This document shows, piece by piece, positions 20,295 through 29,052 of a stretch of 64,000 nt of DNA. Numbering within the stretch: the first letter of the stretch is position 1; each line of letters starts with the position of its first letter. The position numbers and the translations under genes were made by a program. Origin of the DNA: Cryomorphaceae bacterium (GTDB lineage: Bacteria; Bacteroidota; Bacteroidia; Flavobacteriales; Schleiferiaceae); NCBI GenBank assembly GCA_024638285.1, contig JAHEKP010000001.1, positions 9,093-73,092 on the forward strand. Direction: 5' to 3'. Under the pieces are notes generated by a model. It had not been told where the DNA came from. It did no database searches and saw only the letters and a list, made by a program, of their open reading frames with translations.

Positions 20295-21782
20295 ATGTCT
20301 ACATCTTCAAGTACAGTCGCAGTGGTTGGTGCGGGAATTGCGGGACTCAGTGCGGCAATACGATTAGCTGCATCGGGCAAGAAGGTCATCGTATTTGAAC
20401 AAAATTCATATACAGGTGGAAAAGTAACTGCATTTGAGAAGAAAGGTTTTCGTTTTGACATGGGGCCTTCGTTGTTTACACTACCTTATTTGGTGGATGA
20501 ATTGTTTGAGATGGCAGGGAAAAATCCTCGTGACTATTTCAACTACCATACGCATGATGAAGTGTGTCGTTATTTTTGGGAGGATGGAATGAAACTTACA
20601 TTATATCCTTCAATAGATAAAAACGAAGCAGCAGTTGCCTCTGTTTTTGGACACTCTGAAGGAAAAAAAATGCGTGATTACTTTGAACGAGCACGCATTA
20701 AGTATGATTTAACGGCGCCTTTTTTTCTTGAAAAGAGTTTGCACAGAATTGGGACATTCTGGACTCCAGCAGTGATTAAAGTACTAAAAGAAATCCCAAG
20801 ACTTGGTTTGTTTTCAACGTTACATGAAGAAAACGAAAAAGTGTTTAATTCGCCGAAGTTGGTTCAGTTGTTTAATAGATACGCTACGTACAATGGGTCT
20901 TCTCCTTATCAAACTCCGGGAATCATGCAAATGATCACGCATTTGGAGCACAATCTAGGTACCCACTTTCCTGTTGGAGGGATGCACGAAATTTCACAAA
21001 GTTTAACCCGTTTGGCGGTAGAGTTGGGTGTCCAATTTGAATTAAATACGAAGGTTGAAGAGCTTACCATTGAAAATAACGAAATTACTGGGCTCAAAGC
21101 GGAAGGTAAACCTTGGCGGGTGGATCAATTGGTATGTAATACCGATGTGAAGCACGCTTATCAATACCTTATGCCAAAGGGGGTAAAGCGTCCCAAAAAG
21201 ACCCTTGCACAAGAGCCTAGTTCAAGTGCGCTTATATTTTATTGGGGATTAACTGCCCAGTTTCCAGAACTGGATCTTCACAATATCATCTTTAGTGAGG
21301 ATTACAAGACAGAATTCGATCATATTCAAATGAATGGACCGTTTTGGGAAGACCCTACAGTTTACATTCATATTTCAAACAGACTAGAACCGGCAGATGC
21401 GCCAGACGGCAAGGACTGTTGGTTTGTTATGGTCAATACACCTTACGATCAAGGCCAAAACTGGGATGATATCGTTCCATTGGTCCGTGAAAAAGTCCTA
21501 GAACGAATTTCTCGTATCCTGGGAACTTCCGTTGAGCCACTTATAGAAGTTGAAGAAGTTTTGCGCCCAAAAGATATAGAACGTCGTACATCAAGTATAG
21601 GTGGAGCACTCTACGGAACCAGCTCAAATGATCGGCTTGCTGCATTTTTACGTCATTCCAATAAAAGCGACTCTGTTAAAGGGTTGTATTTTTGTGGAGG
21701 TTCAGCACATCCGGGAGGTGGTGTCCCACTTTGTTTATTAAGTGGTAAAATTGCAGCGGAATGGTTGATAGAAGAAGGTTAG
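20295..21782 (+). CDS. crtD: 1-hydroxycarotenoid 3,4-desaturase (CrtI/CrtD family)
   Basis: FAD motif VVGAGIAGL, GFRFDMGPSLFT, LFNRYATYNGSSPYQTPG, YFCGGSAHPGGGVPLCLLSGKI (CrtD-type ending); adjacent to cruF. Confidence 0.85.
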   Translation: MSTSSSTVAVVGAGIAGLSAAIRLAASGKKVIVFEQNSYTGGKVTAFEKKGFRFDMGPSLFTLPYLVDELFEMAGKNPRDYFNYHTHDEVCRYFWEDGMKLTLYPSIDKNEAAVASVFGHSEGKKMRDYFERARIKYDLTAPFFLEKSLHRIGTFWTPAVIKVLKEIPRLGLFSTLHEENEKVFNSPKLVQLFNRYATYNGSSPYQTPGIMQMITHLEHNLGTHFPVGGMHEISQSLTRLAVELGVQFELNTKVEELTIENNEITGLKAEGKPWRVDQLVCNTDVKHAYQYLMPKGVKRPKKTLAQEPSSSALIFYWGLTAQFPELDLHNIIFSEDYKTEFDHIQMNGPFWEDPTVYIHISNRLEPADAPDGKDCWFVMVNTPYDQGQNWDDIVPLVREKVLERISRILGTSVEPLIEVEEVLRPKDIERRTSSIGGALYGTSSNDRLAAFLRHSNKSDSVKGLYFCGGSAHPGGGVPLCLLSGKIAAEWLIEEG

Positions 21783-21783
21783 T

Positions 21784-22419
21784 ATGTTGAAAATAAAAGC
21801 GTTAATTAAGTCTTACGCGGGATGGATTTTGGTACTGTTCCATGTTATAGGCTTATTTTTACTGGGCGGCGAATGGCGAGAGGAATTGGTCGTATTGACG
21901 CCGTTTAATCTATTGTTGCTAGCTGCTTTGTTTCAATATACTTCAGAGCGGCCTACGGTCAAATGGGCGTATTACCTACCTATTCAGCTTGGATTTATCA
22001 TAGAACTGATAGGTACAAACACCGGATTTCCTTTTGGTGCCTATTCTTATGGAACGGCATTGGGCCCTGGCATTATGGGCACGCCTTTCATGATTGGAAT
22101 TTTGTGGTGGGTTCTGATTCGTTCGTTTTATGACCTTACAGGGTTCCGTTTCAATGCGGTTTGGGTACGAAGTATTCTAACAGGTCTAGCCATGACTGCG
22201 ATGGACGTATTGATAGAGCCTGTGGCTATTGAATTGGCCTATTGGCAATGGGACGCGGTTGCCGTGCCTATGGAAAACTACCTCGCCTGGTTTGTATTGA
22301 GTACGCTTTTTGCGCGTTTGACGGCTTCAGGCGATGCACGTAATCCTTTGAGTATCTGGGTTATTGTGGTGCTTTCGGTATTCTTTTTTGTTTTAGGATC
22401 GTTGTACGCGATACAGTAA
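21784..22419 (+). CDS. cruF: Carotenoid 1,2-hydratase CruF-like (carotenoid biosynthesis membrane protein)
   Basis: ELIGTNTGFPFGAYSYG..LGP, PFMIG..W, DVLIEPVA..L.YWQW, VPMENYLAWF. Confidence 0.8.
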   Translation: MLKIKALIKSYAGWILVLFHVIGLFLLGGEWREELVVLTPFNLLLLAALFQYTSERPTVKWAYYLPIQLGFIIELIGTNTGFPFGAYSYGTALGPGIMGTPFMIGILWWVLIRSFYDLTGFRFNAVWVRSILTGLAMTAMDVLIEPVAIELAYWQWDAVAVPMENYLAWFVLSTLFARLTASGDARNPLSIWVIVVLSVFFFVLGSLYAIQ

Positions 22420-22450
22420 AAAAAGAAACCCCCGCCAAAGGCGAGGGTTT
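22418..22450 (-). terminator. Intrinsic terminator between the convergent cruF and PspC-domain genes
   Basis: Minus strand AAACCCTCGCC-TTT-GGCGGGGGTTT followed by CTTTTTTT. Confidence 0.75.
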
Positions 22451-22478
22451 ACGTACAGAATTAGGCTAGGGTACGGGC

Positions 22479-24116
22479 CTACCGGTCTTTTAGTTTCTTT
22501 AACTCTAGCTCCAGCTCCTCTAGTTTTCGTTCAATATTGTCCTCCATTTCTTCGAGATTATCTTCAATGTTTTCCTCTAACTCTTCAGCATTATAGTATT
22601 CAATAGTTGAACAATCGGAGCAGGATAAACCCTCTGGCGTCATTTTCCATAAGTGTCCTAGCATATCTCCATCGTATATATCTTGAACGTTCTGAATATC
22701 GTACATGATGTTTTCAATACTCTCATCTAAGTAGACCGTCGCACCTACAGGTAAACGAAGTGTGACTTTTAAATCTTGTCCTCGATATAAAGATTCTTTC
22801 GGCACGGTAAAGTATTCACTAAGTCGCAATTCTTCTCCTTCTTGCGCAGTAGGGTAGTCAAATGACTGGGCGCGTTGACGAGCTTCTGAATGGTTTCGAC
22901 CACTAGCAGCATGTTTTAATTCAAGACTCGCAGTGGAGGACCTGGTTGCCTCTATATTGAATCGGACATTTTCAATATGCAGTAATTCGTCTTCAACATC
23001 AAAGAGAAATCCTTGATCGTCTTCAAGAATATCGGCGGTGATATCAAAACTACTACCCGATAAAGTGATTTGATTGGTTTCTGTTGAGCGCTCTCTAAAG
23101 TCTGTCGCTAGCGAACCTGCGCTGAAGAATATGAGAATTAAACCAACGATGAAACTCGCGATACCCGAGAAAGAAAGTAGTTTAGAATTGGTCAATTCCC
23201 GTCCAAATATTTTAGCGAGAAAAACGACCAATGCAAACAAGGGCATTAATAGTGTGAGCAGCGTACCTACCCGTAATGCGAGCAAGCGCCATCCGCTGCC
23301 AAATATAGCTTGAGCTCCATCAAGACCGTAAATGTATCCGTTTAAATTGATAAAGTTGAACCCTTCTAAGTTCCATGTACTGCCAAAAATTCCAAGCAAT
23401 GCAACGATGAGTATAAATGCAATAAATGCGCCTATGATGGCCAGAAAGACACCGATAAATTTAAAAACGAAGGAAAATATAGATCCAATCCCGTTCACTA
23501 TAAAAGAAACAAAACTGTTAACTCCCGTTTTGATTTTCTCAGTGGAAGTATAATCTTCAACTTTTGTAAAAAGCTTTTCAATATTATTCAGATTGACTGC
23601 TTCACCGCGCATTTGAAGTTTTTGAGCGGTTGTTTTAGCCTCTGGAATGGCGGCCCAAAGAATCACATAGGTGATGAACCCGATACCGGTGAAAAAGAGT
23701 AGGATTAAAAACAGTACTCGAATCCAAACTGGATCGATGTCAAAATAGGCACCAATACCGCTACAAACACCACCAATAACTTTTTCATCCGGATTTCTAA
23801 AGAAACGTCTAGTGTCTTTGCTGCTGGTCTTTGGTTCTTCGTTGTCCGATTCATCAACGAATGCTTCTGGTTGACCTAAAGTCTCAATAATGAATTCAAC
23901 ATCAGATAGTCCCACGACTTGACTACCATTTTCTTTCATGCGAAGGTGGAAGATTTCGGCAATGCGCGCTTCTACATCCGCTATGATTTCTTCACCGCTT
24001 TCTTCCTTACCCAAAGCGGTTTTAACATGGTATAGGTAGGTTTTGAATTTATCATAAGCCACTTCATCGAGGTGGAAGATGATGCCTGCAAGGTTGATGT
24101 TTATTGTTTTATTCAT
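22479..24116 (-). CDS. PspC-domain membrane protein
   Basis: MNKTININLAG, EIIADVEARIAE, PspC domain (RFFRNPDEKVIGGVCSGIGAYFDIDPVWIR), EAKTTAQKLQMRGE, several TM helices. Confidence 0.9.
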   Translation of the reverse strand: MNKTININLAGIIFHLDEVAYDKFKTYLYHVKTALGKEESGEEIIADVEARIAEIFHLRMKENGSQVVGLSDVEFIIETLGQPEAFVDESDNEEPKTSSKDTRRFFRNPDEKVIGGVCSGIGAYFDIDPVWIRVLFLILLFFTGIGFITYVILWAAIPEAKTTAQKLQMRGEAVNLNNIEKLFTKVEDYTSTEKIKTGVNSFVSFIVNGIGSIFSFVFKFIGVFLAIIGAFIAFILIVALLGIFGSTWNLEGFNFINLNGYIYGLDGAQAIFGSGWRLLALRVGTLLTLLMPLFALVVFLAKIFGRELTNSKLLSFSGIASFIVGLILIFFSAGSLATDFRERSTETNQITLSGSSFDITADILEDDQGFLFDVEDELLHIENVRFNIEATRSSTASLELKHAASGRNHSEARQRAQSFDYPTAQEGEELRLSEYFTVPKESLYRGQDLKVTLRLPVGATVYLDESIENIMYDIQNVQDIYDGDMLGHLWKMTPEGLSCSDCSTIEYYNAEELEENIEDNLEEMEDNIERKLEELELELKKLKDR

Positions 24117-24445
24117 GATGGGGTTGAAGTAAGTTGTTCAACGGCATTATTTAGGTTTTCCCAAGTATCTTTTAGTTCTAATTGGAACGCGCGTCCTTGC
24201 GCGCTAAGGCTGTAGTATTTTCGCGGGGGACCAGCGTTGCTTTCTTCCCAACGGTACTCTAACAAATCGGCATTTTTGAGTCTGGTCAATAAAGGATAGA
24301 GGGTCCCTTCTACAACGATGAGCTCAGCACTTTTTAACCGTGTAATAATGTCTGAAGCGTACGCATCACCCTTACTGAGTATACCTAGAATGCAATATTC
24401 TAAAACGCCTTTACGCATTTGTGCTTTTGTATTTTCAATCTTCAT
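24113..24445 (-). CDS. PadR family transcriptional regulator
   Basis: QMRKGVLEYCIL, VVEGTLYPLLTRL, RWEESNAGPPRKYY. Confidence 0.95.
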   Translation of the reverse strand: MKIENTKAQMRKGVLEYCILGILSKGDAYASDIITRLKSAELIVVEGTLYPLLTRLKNADLLEYRWEESNAGPPRKYYSLSAQGRAFQLELKDTWENLNNAVEQLTSTPS

Positions 24446-24902
24446 CTAGGGTCTTAATCAAAGTGAAATCTCCGTAAACAGTAAGTAACATTGTACTTGA
24501 ATCTTCTCGAAGTAGAAAATGTGCTTCATCGAAGCGGGTTCTGCTCCCTCGAATGAAAAGGTAATGGTCTGGACCATCTGCATCTTCAATGGGAATTTTT
24601 TTATAGCGCGCCTTATGGAGGAATCGTTCCCATTCGCTGGTAACTTCTTTGATGTAGCGCTCATCTGTTATGCGCAGCCATTGGACGCGCTTAATCTCAC
24701 CGTTTAGGGTACGCTCAAAATCACCATTCGCAAAATCCAGGTCTAATGGGAGTGCACTAAGTAAGGATCCGCCAAAACTGAAGCCGGCGACATAAGGTTT
24801 AGGTTCATATTGCTCATAAAGTGCGTCGGCTAATCCTTTTGTTTGACCAAATGCTACCGTTGTACATGCAATAAGTACAAGGTGTAAAAGTTGTTTTTTC
24901 AT
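24435..24902 (-). CDS. Exported protein, DUF4252-like
   Basis: Signal peptide ending AFG-Q; size and the C-terminal LLTVYGDF resemble DUF4252. First gene of the padR-pspC unit. Confidence 0.5.
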   Translation of the reverse strand: MKKQLLHLVLIACTTVAFGQTKGLADALYEQYEPKPYVAGFSFGGSLLSALPLDLDFANGDFERTLNGEIKRVQWLRITDERYIKEVTSEWERFLHKARYKKIPIEDADGPDHYLFIRGSRTRFDEAHFLLREDSSTMLLTVYGDFTLIKTLDED

Positions 24903-24941
24903 GAATCAGTGTATTTGTGGTAAAGATATATGCTAAAATAG

Positions 24942-24962
24942 GTACTATGCAATACAAAGTAC
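24942..24962. promoter_or_regulatory. Palindromic operator GTACTwTG-N5-CAwAGTAC, probably the PadR site
   Basis: GTACTATG CAATA CAAAGTAC, about 40 bp upstream of the operon and just upstream of a TATCTTTA -7-like box (minus strand, 24921-24928). Confidence 0.6.
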
Positions 24963-25134
24963 TATAAATTTCTTAATCTCGAAGAATCAATACGCCAATA
25001 GGTCAAAAATGAGATTAAGTTGTAGCGCTGTAATAGACTAAGGCCAATGGCGCGCCTATGCATTTCGCTCAATGAGATTTTCATAGGAAAGCATTGCGTT
25101 TTGTAGTGTTTAGTTTTCCCAAAATCAATTCATT

Positions 25135-25683
25135 ATGGTACTACTACAGATTATTATTGAAATTCTTTTATTGTATTTATTGTTGGATTTTTTAACTGGA
25201 GTAGTCCATTGGTGGATGGACCGCTACGGTCGAGAAGATATGCCTATTGTAGGAAAGGCTATTATTGAGATTAATACCTGGCACCACGCGAATCCGCGCA
25301 AGATGATTACGAGAAGTTATTGGTACTTGTGTAAATCTGGATGGGCCGGTGTAGCGGTCATGCTACTCGCGGTTTACCTTATACAAGGAGTGGTAGGTTG
25401 GCAATGGTGGTTCATCGCGATTTTGGGTGCAAATGCAAATATAGTGCACCAATGGGCGCATAAGTTTCCAGAGGAAAAGCCTAAACTCATACATTGGCTA
25501 CAGCAAATCAAGGTGCTTCAACGTCCACAAGATCATGCAATGCACCATACTAAACCCGAAACGCGCTCGTATTGTACATACACGCCATGGCTTAATCCTA
25601 TTTTAGATCGAACGAGGTTCTGGTACGCAGTGGAACGAGTGCTTTTCTCGTTCAAAATATATACGACGGATCGAGTTCATTAA
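25135..25683 (+). CDS. CarF/TMEM189/FAD4-family lipid desaturase
   Basis: DFLTGVVHWWMDRYG, WHHANP, HQWAH, HAMHH, YCTYTPWLNPILD: the eight-His pattern of this family. Confidence 0.85.
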   Translation: MVLLQIIIEILLLYLLLDFLTGVVHWWMDRYGREDMPIVGKAIIEINTWHHANPRKMITRSYWYLCKSGWAGVAVMLLAVYLIQGVVGWQWWFIAILGANANIVHQWAHKFPEEKPKLIHWLQQIKVLQRPQDHAMHHTKPETRSYCTYTPWLNPILDRTRFWYAVERVLFSFKIYTTDRVH

Positions 25684-25688
25684 GCGAA

Positions 25689-26492
25689 TTAAATGATTTC
25701 CTTTCTAGCACGTATTGCATAGACGAGCGGAAAGAAGCCTTCCTTTCCTTTAATTTGGTATTGACCAGGGGCTTTTTCAGTGTGTTCGAATAGGGCGTAA
25801 GGACTCCAATCACTTTCGCCGAAGAAGGTCAAGGAACGCTCTGGATGATCTACGATAGGTAAGATGAGGTCACTGATACTGTGGTTCCAAGTATAATTAA
25901 CCATTTGATCGGCTTCTGGGGCTGCGTAACTACCCGCACGATCTTCAATAATCACTCCTGTATTGAAGTAAGGATATTTAATCTCTTTAAATTCTTCATC
26001 TAGTATCCACAATACTGGGTGAAAGTCTACTAAAATTAATGAGCCGCCCGGTTTGAGGTAATGAAACGCTGCGTCCATCCATTCCTTCGCTGAAGGGTGC
26101 CAACCCACTACACCGTACGAAGCATAAACAACATCAAATGAGTTTTTTAAATGGGGTAGTGTCTGGAGCACATCAGATTCTATAAAAGAAACTTTGGTGC
26201 CGCACGCGGAATTCAATTTTTTCGCTTGGCGTATGGCTTCTGGGCTAAAATCAAGACCTACAACTTGAGTTGCACCTAAGGTTGCTAGACTGATTGTATC
26301 CTGTCCAAAGTGACATTGCAAGTGCAATACACTTTTGCCTTTCAAATTGGGCAATACATTGCGTTCAATAGCGTGGAGGGATTGTTGGTGCTTTATGAAC
26401 GCTGCGTTATCGTAAAATGAAGATTGCGGATGTAAACTCGCCCAATGGTTCCAAAGTGCGCGATTCTGCTCAAGGTATAAATGGTCTTCCAT
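25689..26492 (-). CDS. Class I SAM-dependent methyltransferase
   Basis: VLHLQCHFGQDT, GLDFS, FDVVYASYG, LKPGG.L.LVDFHP. Confidence 0.9.
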   Translation of the reverse strand: MEDHLYLEQNRALWNHWASLHPQSSFYDNAAFIKHQQSLHAIERNVLPNLKGKSVLHLQCHFGQDTISLATLGATQVVGLDFSPEAIRQAKKLNSACGTKVSFIESDVLQTLPHLKNSFDVVYASYGVVGWHPSAKEWMDAAFHYLKPGGSLILVDFHPVLWILDEEFKEIKYPYFNTGVIIEDRAGSYAAPEADQMVNYTWNHSISDLILPIVDHPERSLTFFGESDWSPYALFEHTEKAPGQYQIKGKEGFFPLVYAIRARKEII

Positions 26493-26496
26493 GAAT

Positions 26497-27264
26497 TTAG
26501 CGTTTCAGTGACTCCTCGGTCTCTAGCTGGGCTTTTTCTCGCTCGTATTCTTCGTAACAGGTGAGAAGAGAAACCAGGAATTGGTAGTCGTTAAAGGTTC
26601 TAATTTGAGTTTCTGAATATTTACAATAGAACATAAACGCCTGCATTTCTTCCTTAGGAATGCCTGTCAAATCTTCTAATATGATCCGATTATTCCCTTC
26701 TTCCAGTTTTCTGCGGTAGTAATCTTCCTGCTGCAATTTTCTTAATGCGGCCAATTGCTGTGGGCGCTTCCCAAAGCTGTAGTATAAAAAGTCTAAAGGG
26801 TTTGCAAGGGTAGGGGCAACAGCCTCTGGCATTCGTATATCATCGTTTGATGGAACACGCGGGCTCTGCTGGGGCATAGTGCGGGGATTATTGGAGGTGA
26901 TTGCGTAAATACTTACCTCGTCCAACAAATAGTTCCGAGGAATAAGTTTGAGTGTTTGCTCTTCTCCAGCCATAAGAGCGGCACATAGCATGCTGTCTAT
27001 GGGTACGTATTTGAATTGGTACCCAATGTTAGAGAAAACTAGTGTATCGCCTTCAGCTACAGGAATCTCGAAGTATCCAATTCCGTTAGAAACGGTTCCC
27101 ATAAACGTTCTGTTATTGACTACATGTGAATTTGGCAATGCAAAAGTTGAATCTCTATCTACTACAGTCCCTTTCAATATGTAACTTTGAGCAGTTAGTG
27201 TAGTGCCGTTAAAAGCAGAAAACGCTAAAAGAATCAGTACTAAATCAGAAATACGTTTATACAT
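26497..27264 (-). CDS. Carboxypeptidase-like regulatory domain protein (exported)
   Basis: Signal peptide ending TA-Q; LKGTVVD, GTVSNG.G.F.I, GDTLVFSNIGY, LDEVSI. Confidence 0.75.
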   Translation of the reverse strand: MYKRISDLVLILLAFSAFNGTTLTAQSYILKGTVVDRDSTFALPNSHVVNNRTFMGTVSNGIGYFEIPVAEGDTLVFSNIGYQFKYVPIDSMLCAALMAGEEQTLKLIPRNYLLDEVSIYAITSNNPRTMPQQSPRVPSNDDIRMPEAVAPTLANPLDFLYYSFGKRPQQLAALRKLQQEDYYRRKLEEGNNRIILEDLTGIPKEEMQAFMFYCKYSETQIRTFNDYQFLVSLLTCYEEYEREKAQLETEESLKR

Positions 27265-28960
27265 GTCAGACGACGGTCAAAAGGTCATTTTTTCGATGTC
27301 CAAAGTGAGCAAGGTCCTTCCTCACAACAACAAAGCTATATTAAAGGACATTTATCTCTCTTTCTTCTATGGAGCCAAAATAGGCATCTTAGGTTTAAAT
27401 GGCTCGGGTAAATCGACACTTTTAAAGATAATTGCCGGGGTAGAAAAAAGCTATCAAGGTGATGTGGTTTTTGCGAACGGGTATAGCGTTGGATATTTAG
27501 AGCAAGAGCCTCAGCTAGAAAAAGGTAAAACAGTTTTAGACATTGTCAAAGAAGGGGCAGCTGAAACCGTAGCCGTTTTGGATGAATACAATAGCATAAA
27601 TGACCAGTTCGGTTTGCCAGAAGTCTATGAAAATCCGGACAAAATGGAGCAGCTGATGGCCCGCCAAGCAGTGCTTCAGGATCAGATTGATGCGACGAAT
27701 GCATGGGAGTTAGAGACGATGTTGAACCGCGCTATGGATGCCTTGAATTGTCCACCATCGGACCAATTAGTAGACCACCTTTCCGGAGGGGAAGCGCGTC
27801 GTGTAGCCCTTTGTCGTCTTTTATTACAACAACCCGACGTACTCTTATTGGATGAGCCTACCAACCATTTGGATGCAGAGAGTATTTTATGGTTGGAGCA
27901 GCACCTGCAACAATACAAGGGGACGGTAATCGCAGTAACGCACGATCGTTATTTCTTGGATAATGTAGCAGGATGGATTTTAGAATTGGACCGTGGAGAG
28001 GGGATTCCGTGGAAAGGGAACTACAGCTCTTGGCTCGATCAGAAAACCAAGCGTATGGCGCAAGAAGAGAAGCAAGCTTCAAAACGCCGTAAAACTTTAG
28101 AGCGTGAGCTCGAGTGGGTGCGTATGAACCCAAAGGGACGTCAAAGCAAAAGCAAAGCGCGATTGAACAACTATGAAAGTATGTTGTCTCAAGAGCAAAA
28201 AGAGAAAGAAAGCAAGCTTGAAATCTTCATACCGGCGGGGCCAAGATTGGGTACGAATGTCATTGATGCTAAAAACGTAAAAAAGGGATTTGGTGAAAAA
28301 TTGCTTTATGACGATTTGAATTTCTCATTGCCGCCTGCAGGTATTGTTGGAATTATCGGTCCCAATGGTGCAGGTAAAACTACGATCTTTAAAATGATCA
28401 TGGACCAGTTGCAACCGGATGCAGGTGCTTTCGACGTAGGGGAAACCGTTCAGATTTCTTACGTCGACCAGAGTCATGAAAAGCTCAATCCAGAAAAAAC
28501 TATTTTCGAAGTAGTTGGAGAGGGTACAGAGGAAGTACTTCTAGGAGGACAGCGCGTTAATGCGCGTTCCTATTTAAGCCGATTCAATTTTGCAGGTGGT
28601 GATCAAAGTAAAAAAGTTGGGGTTCTTTCTGGTGGTGAACGTAACCGCCTCCACCTGGCGATGGCCCTCAAGGAAGGTGGTAATGTATTGCTTTTAGATG
28701 AGCCTACTAATGATTTAGATGTCAATACGTTAAGAGCTTTGGAAGAGGCACTTGAAAACTTCGCGGGATGCGCTGTGATCATTTCGCACGACCGTTGGTT
28801 CCTTGATCGTGTTTGTACGCATATTTTAGCCTTTGAAGGTGATTCTCAGGTGTACTCTTTCGAAGGTAGCTTTAGTGAATATGAGGAGAATAAATTAAAA
28901 CGTATGGGACGCACAGAACCTACTCGTTTCAAATACAAGAAGTTGTTGAAAGACAGCTAG
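27263..28960 (+). CDS. ettA: Energy-dependent translational throttle protein EttA (ABC-F)
   Basis: MSDD..VIFSM, KDIYLSFFYGAKIG.LGLNGSGKS, two ABC domains, LERELEWVR linker. Start reset to ATG 27263. Confidence 0.95.
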   Translation: MSDDGQKVIFSMSKVSKVLPHNNKAILKDIYLSFFYGAKIGILGLNGSGKSTLLKIIAGVEKSYQGDVVFANGYSVGYLEQEPQLEKGKTVLDIVKEGAAETVAVLDEYNSINDQFGLPEVYENPDKMEQLMARQAVLQDQIDATNAWELETMLNRAMDALNCPPSDQLVDHLSGGEARRVALCRLLLQQPDVLLLDEPTNHLDAESILWLEQHLQQYKGTVIAVTHDRYFLDNVAGWILELDRGEGIPWKGNYSSWLDQKTKRMAQEEKQASKRRKTLERELEWVRMNPKGRQSKSKARLNNYESMLSQEQKEKESKLEIFIPAGPRLGTNVIDAKNVKKGFGEKLLYDDLNFSLPPAGIVGIIGPNGAGKTTIFKMIMDQLQPDAGAFDVGETVQISYVDQSHEKLNPEKTIFEVVGEGTEEVLLGGQRVNARSYLSRFNFAGGDQSKKVGVLSGGERNRLHLAMALKEGGNVLLLDEPTNDLDVNTLRALEEALENFAGCAVIISHDRWFLDRVCTHILAFEGDSQVYSFEGSFSEYEENKLKRMGRTEPTRFKYKKLLKDS

Positions 28961-28986
28961 GAAAATAGATTAGAATAAAAAAAAAT

Positions 28987-29016
28987 GAAGCCTGCAAACA
29001 CCTTGCGGGCTTCTTT
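28987..29016 (+). terminator. Intrinsic terminator after ettA
   Basis: GAAGCCTGCAA-ACACC-TTGCGGGCTTC followed by TTTGTT. Confidence 0.6.
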
Positions 29017-29052
29017 GTTATCTTACCACACCTATCAACAGAAACCAATATT

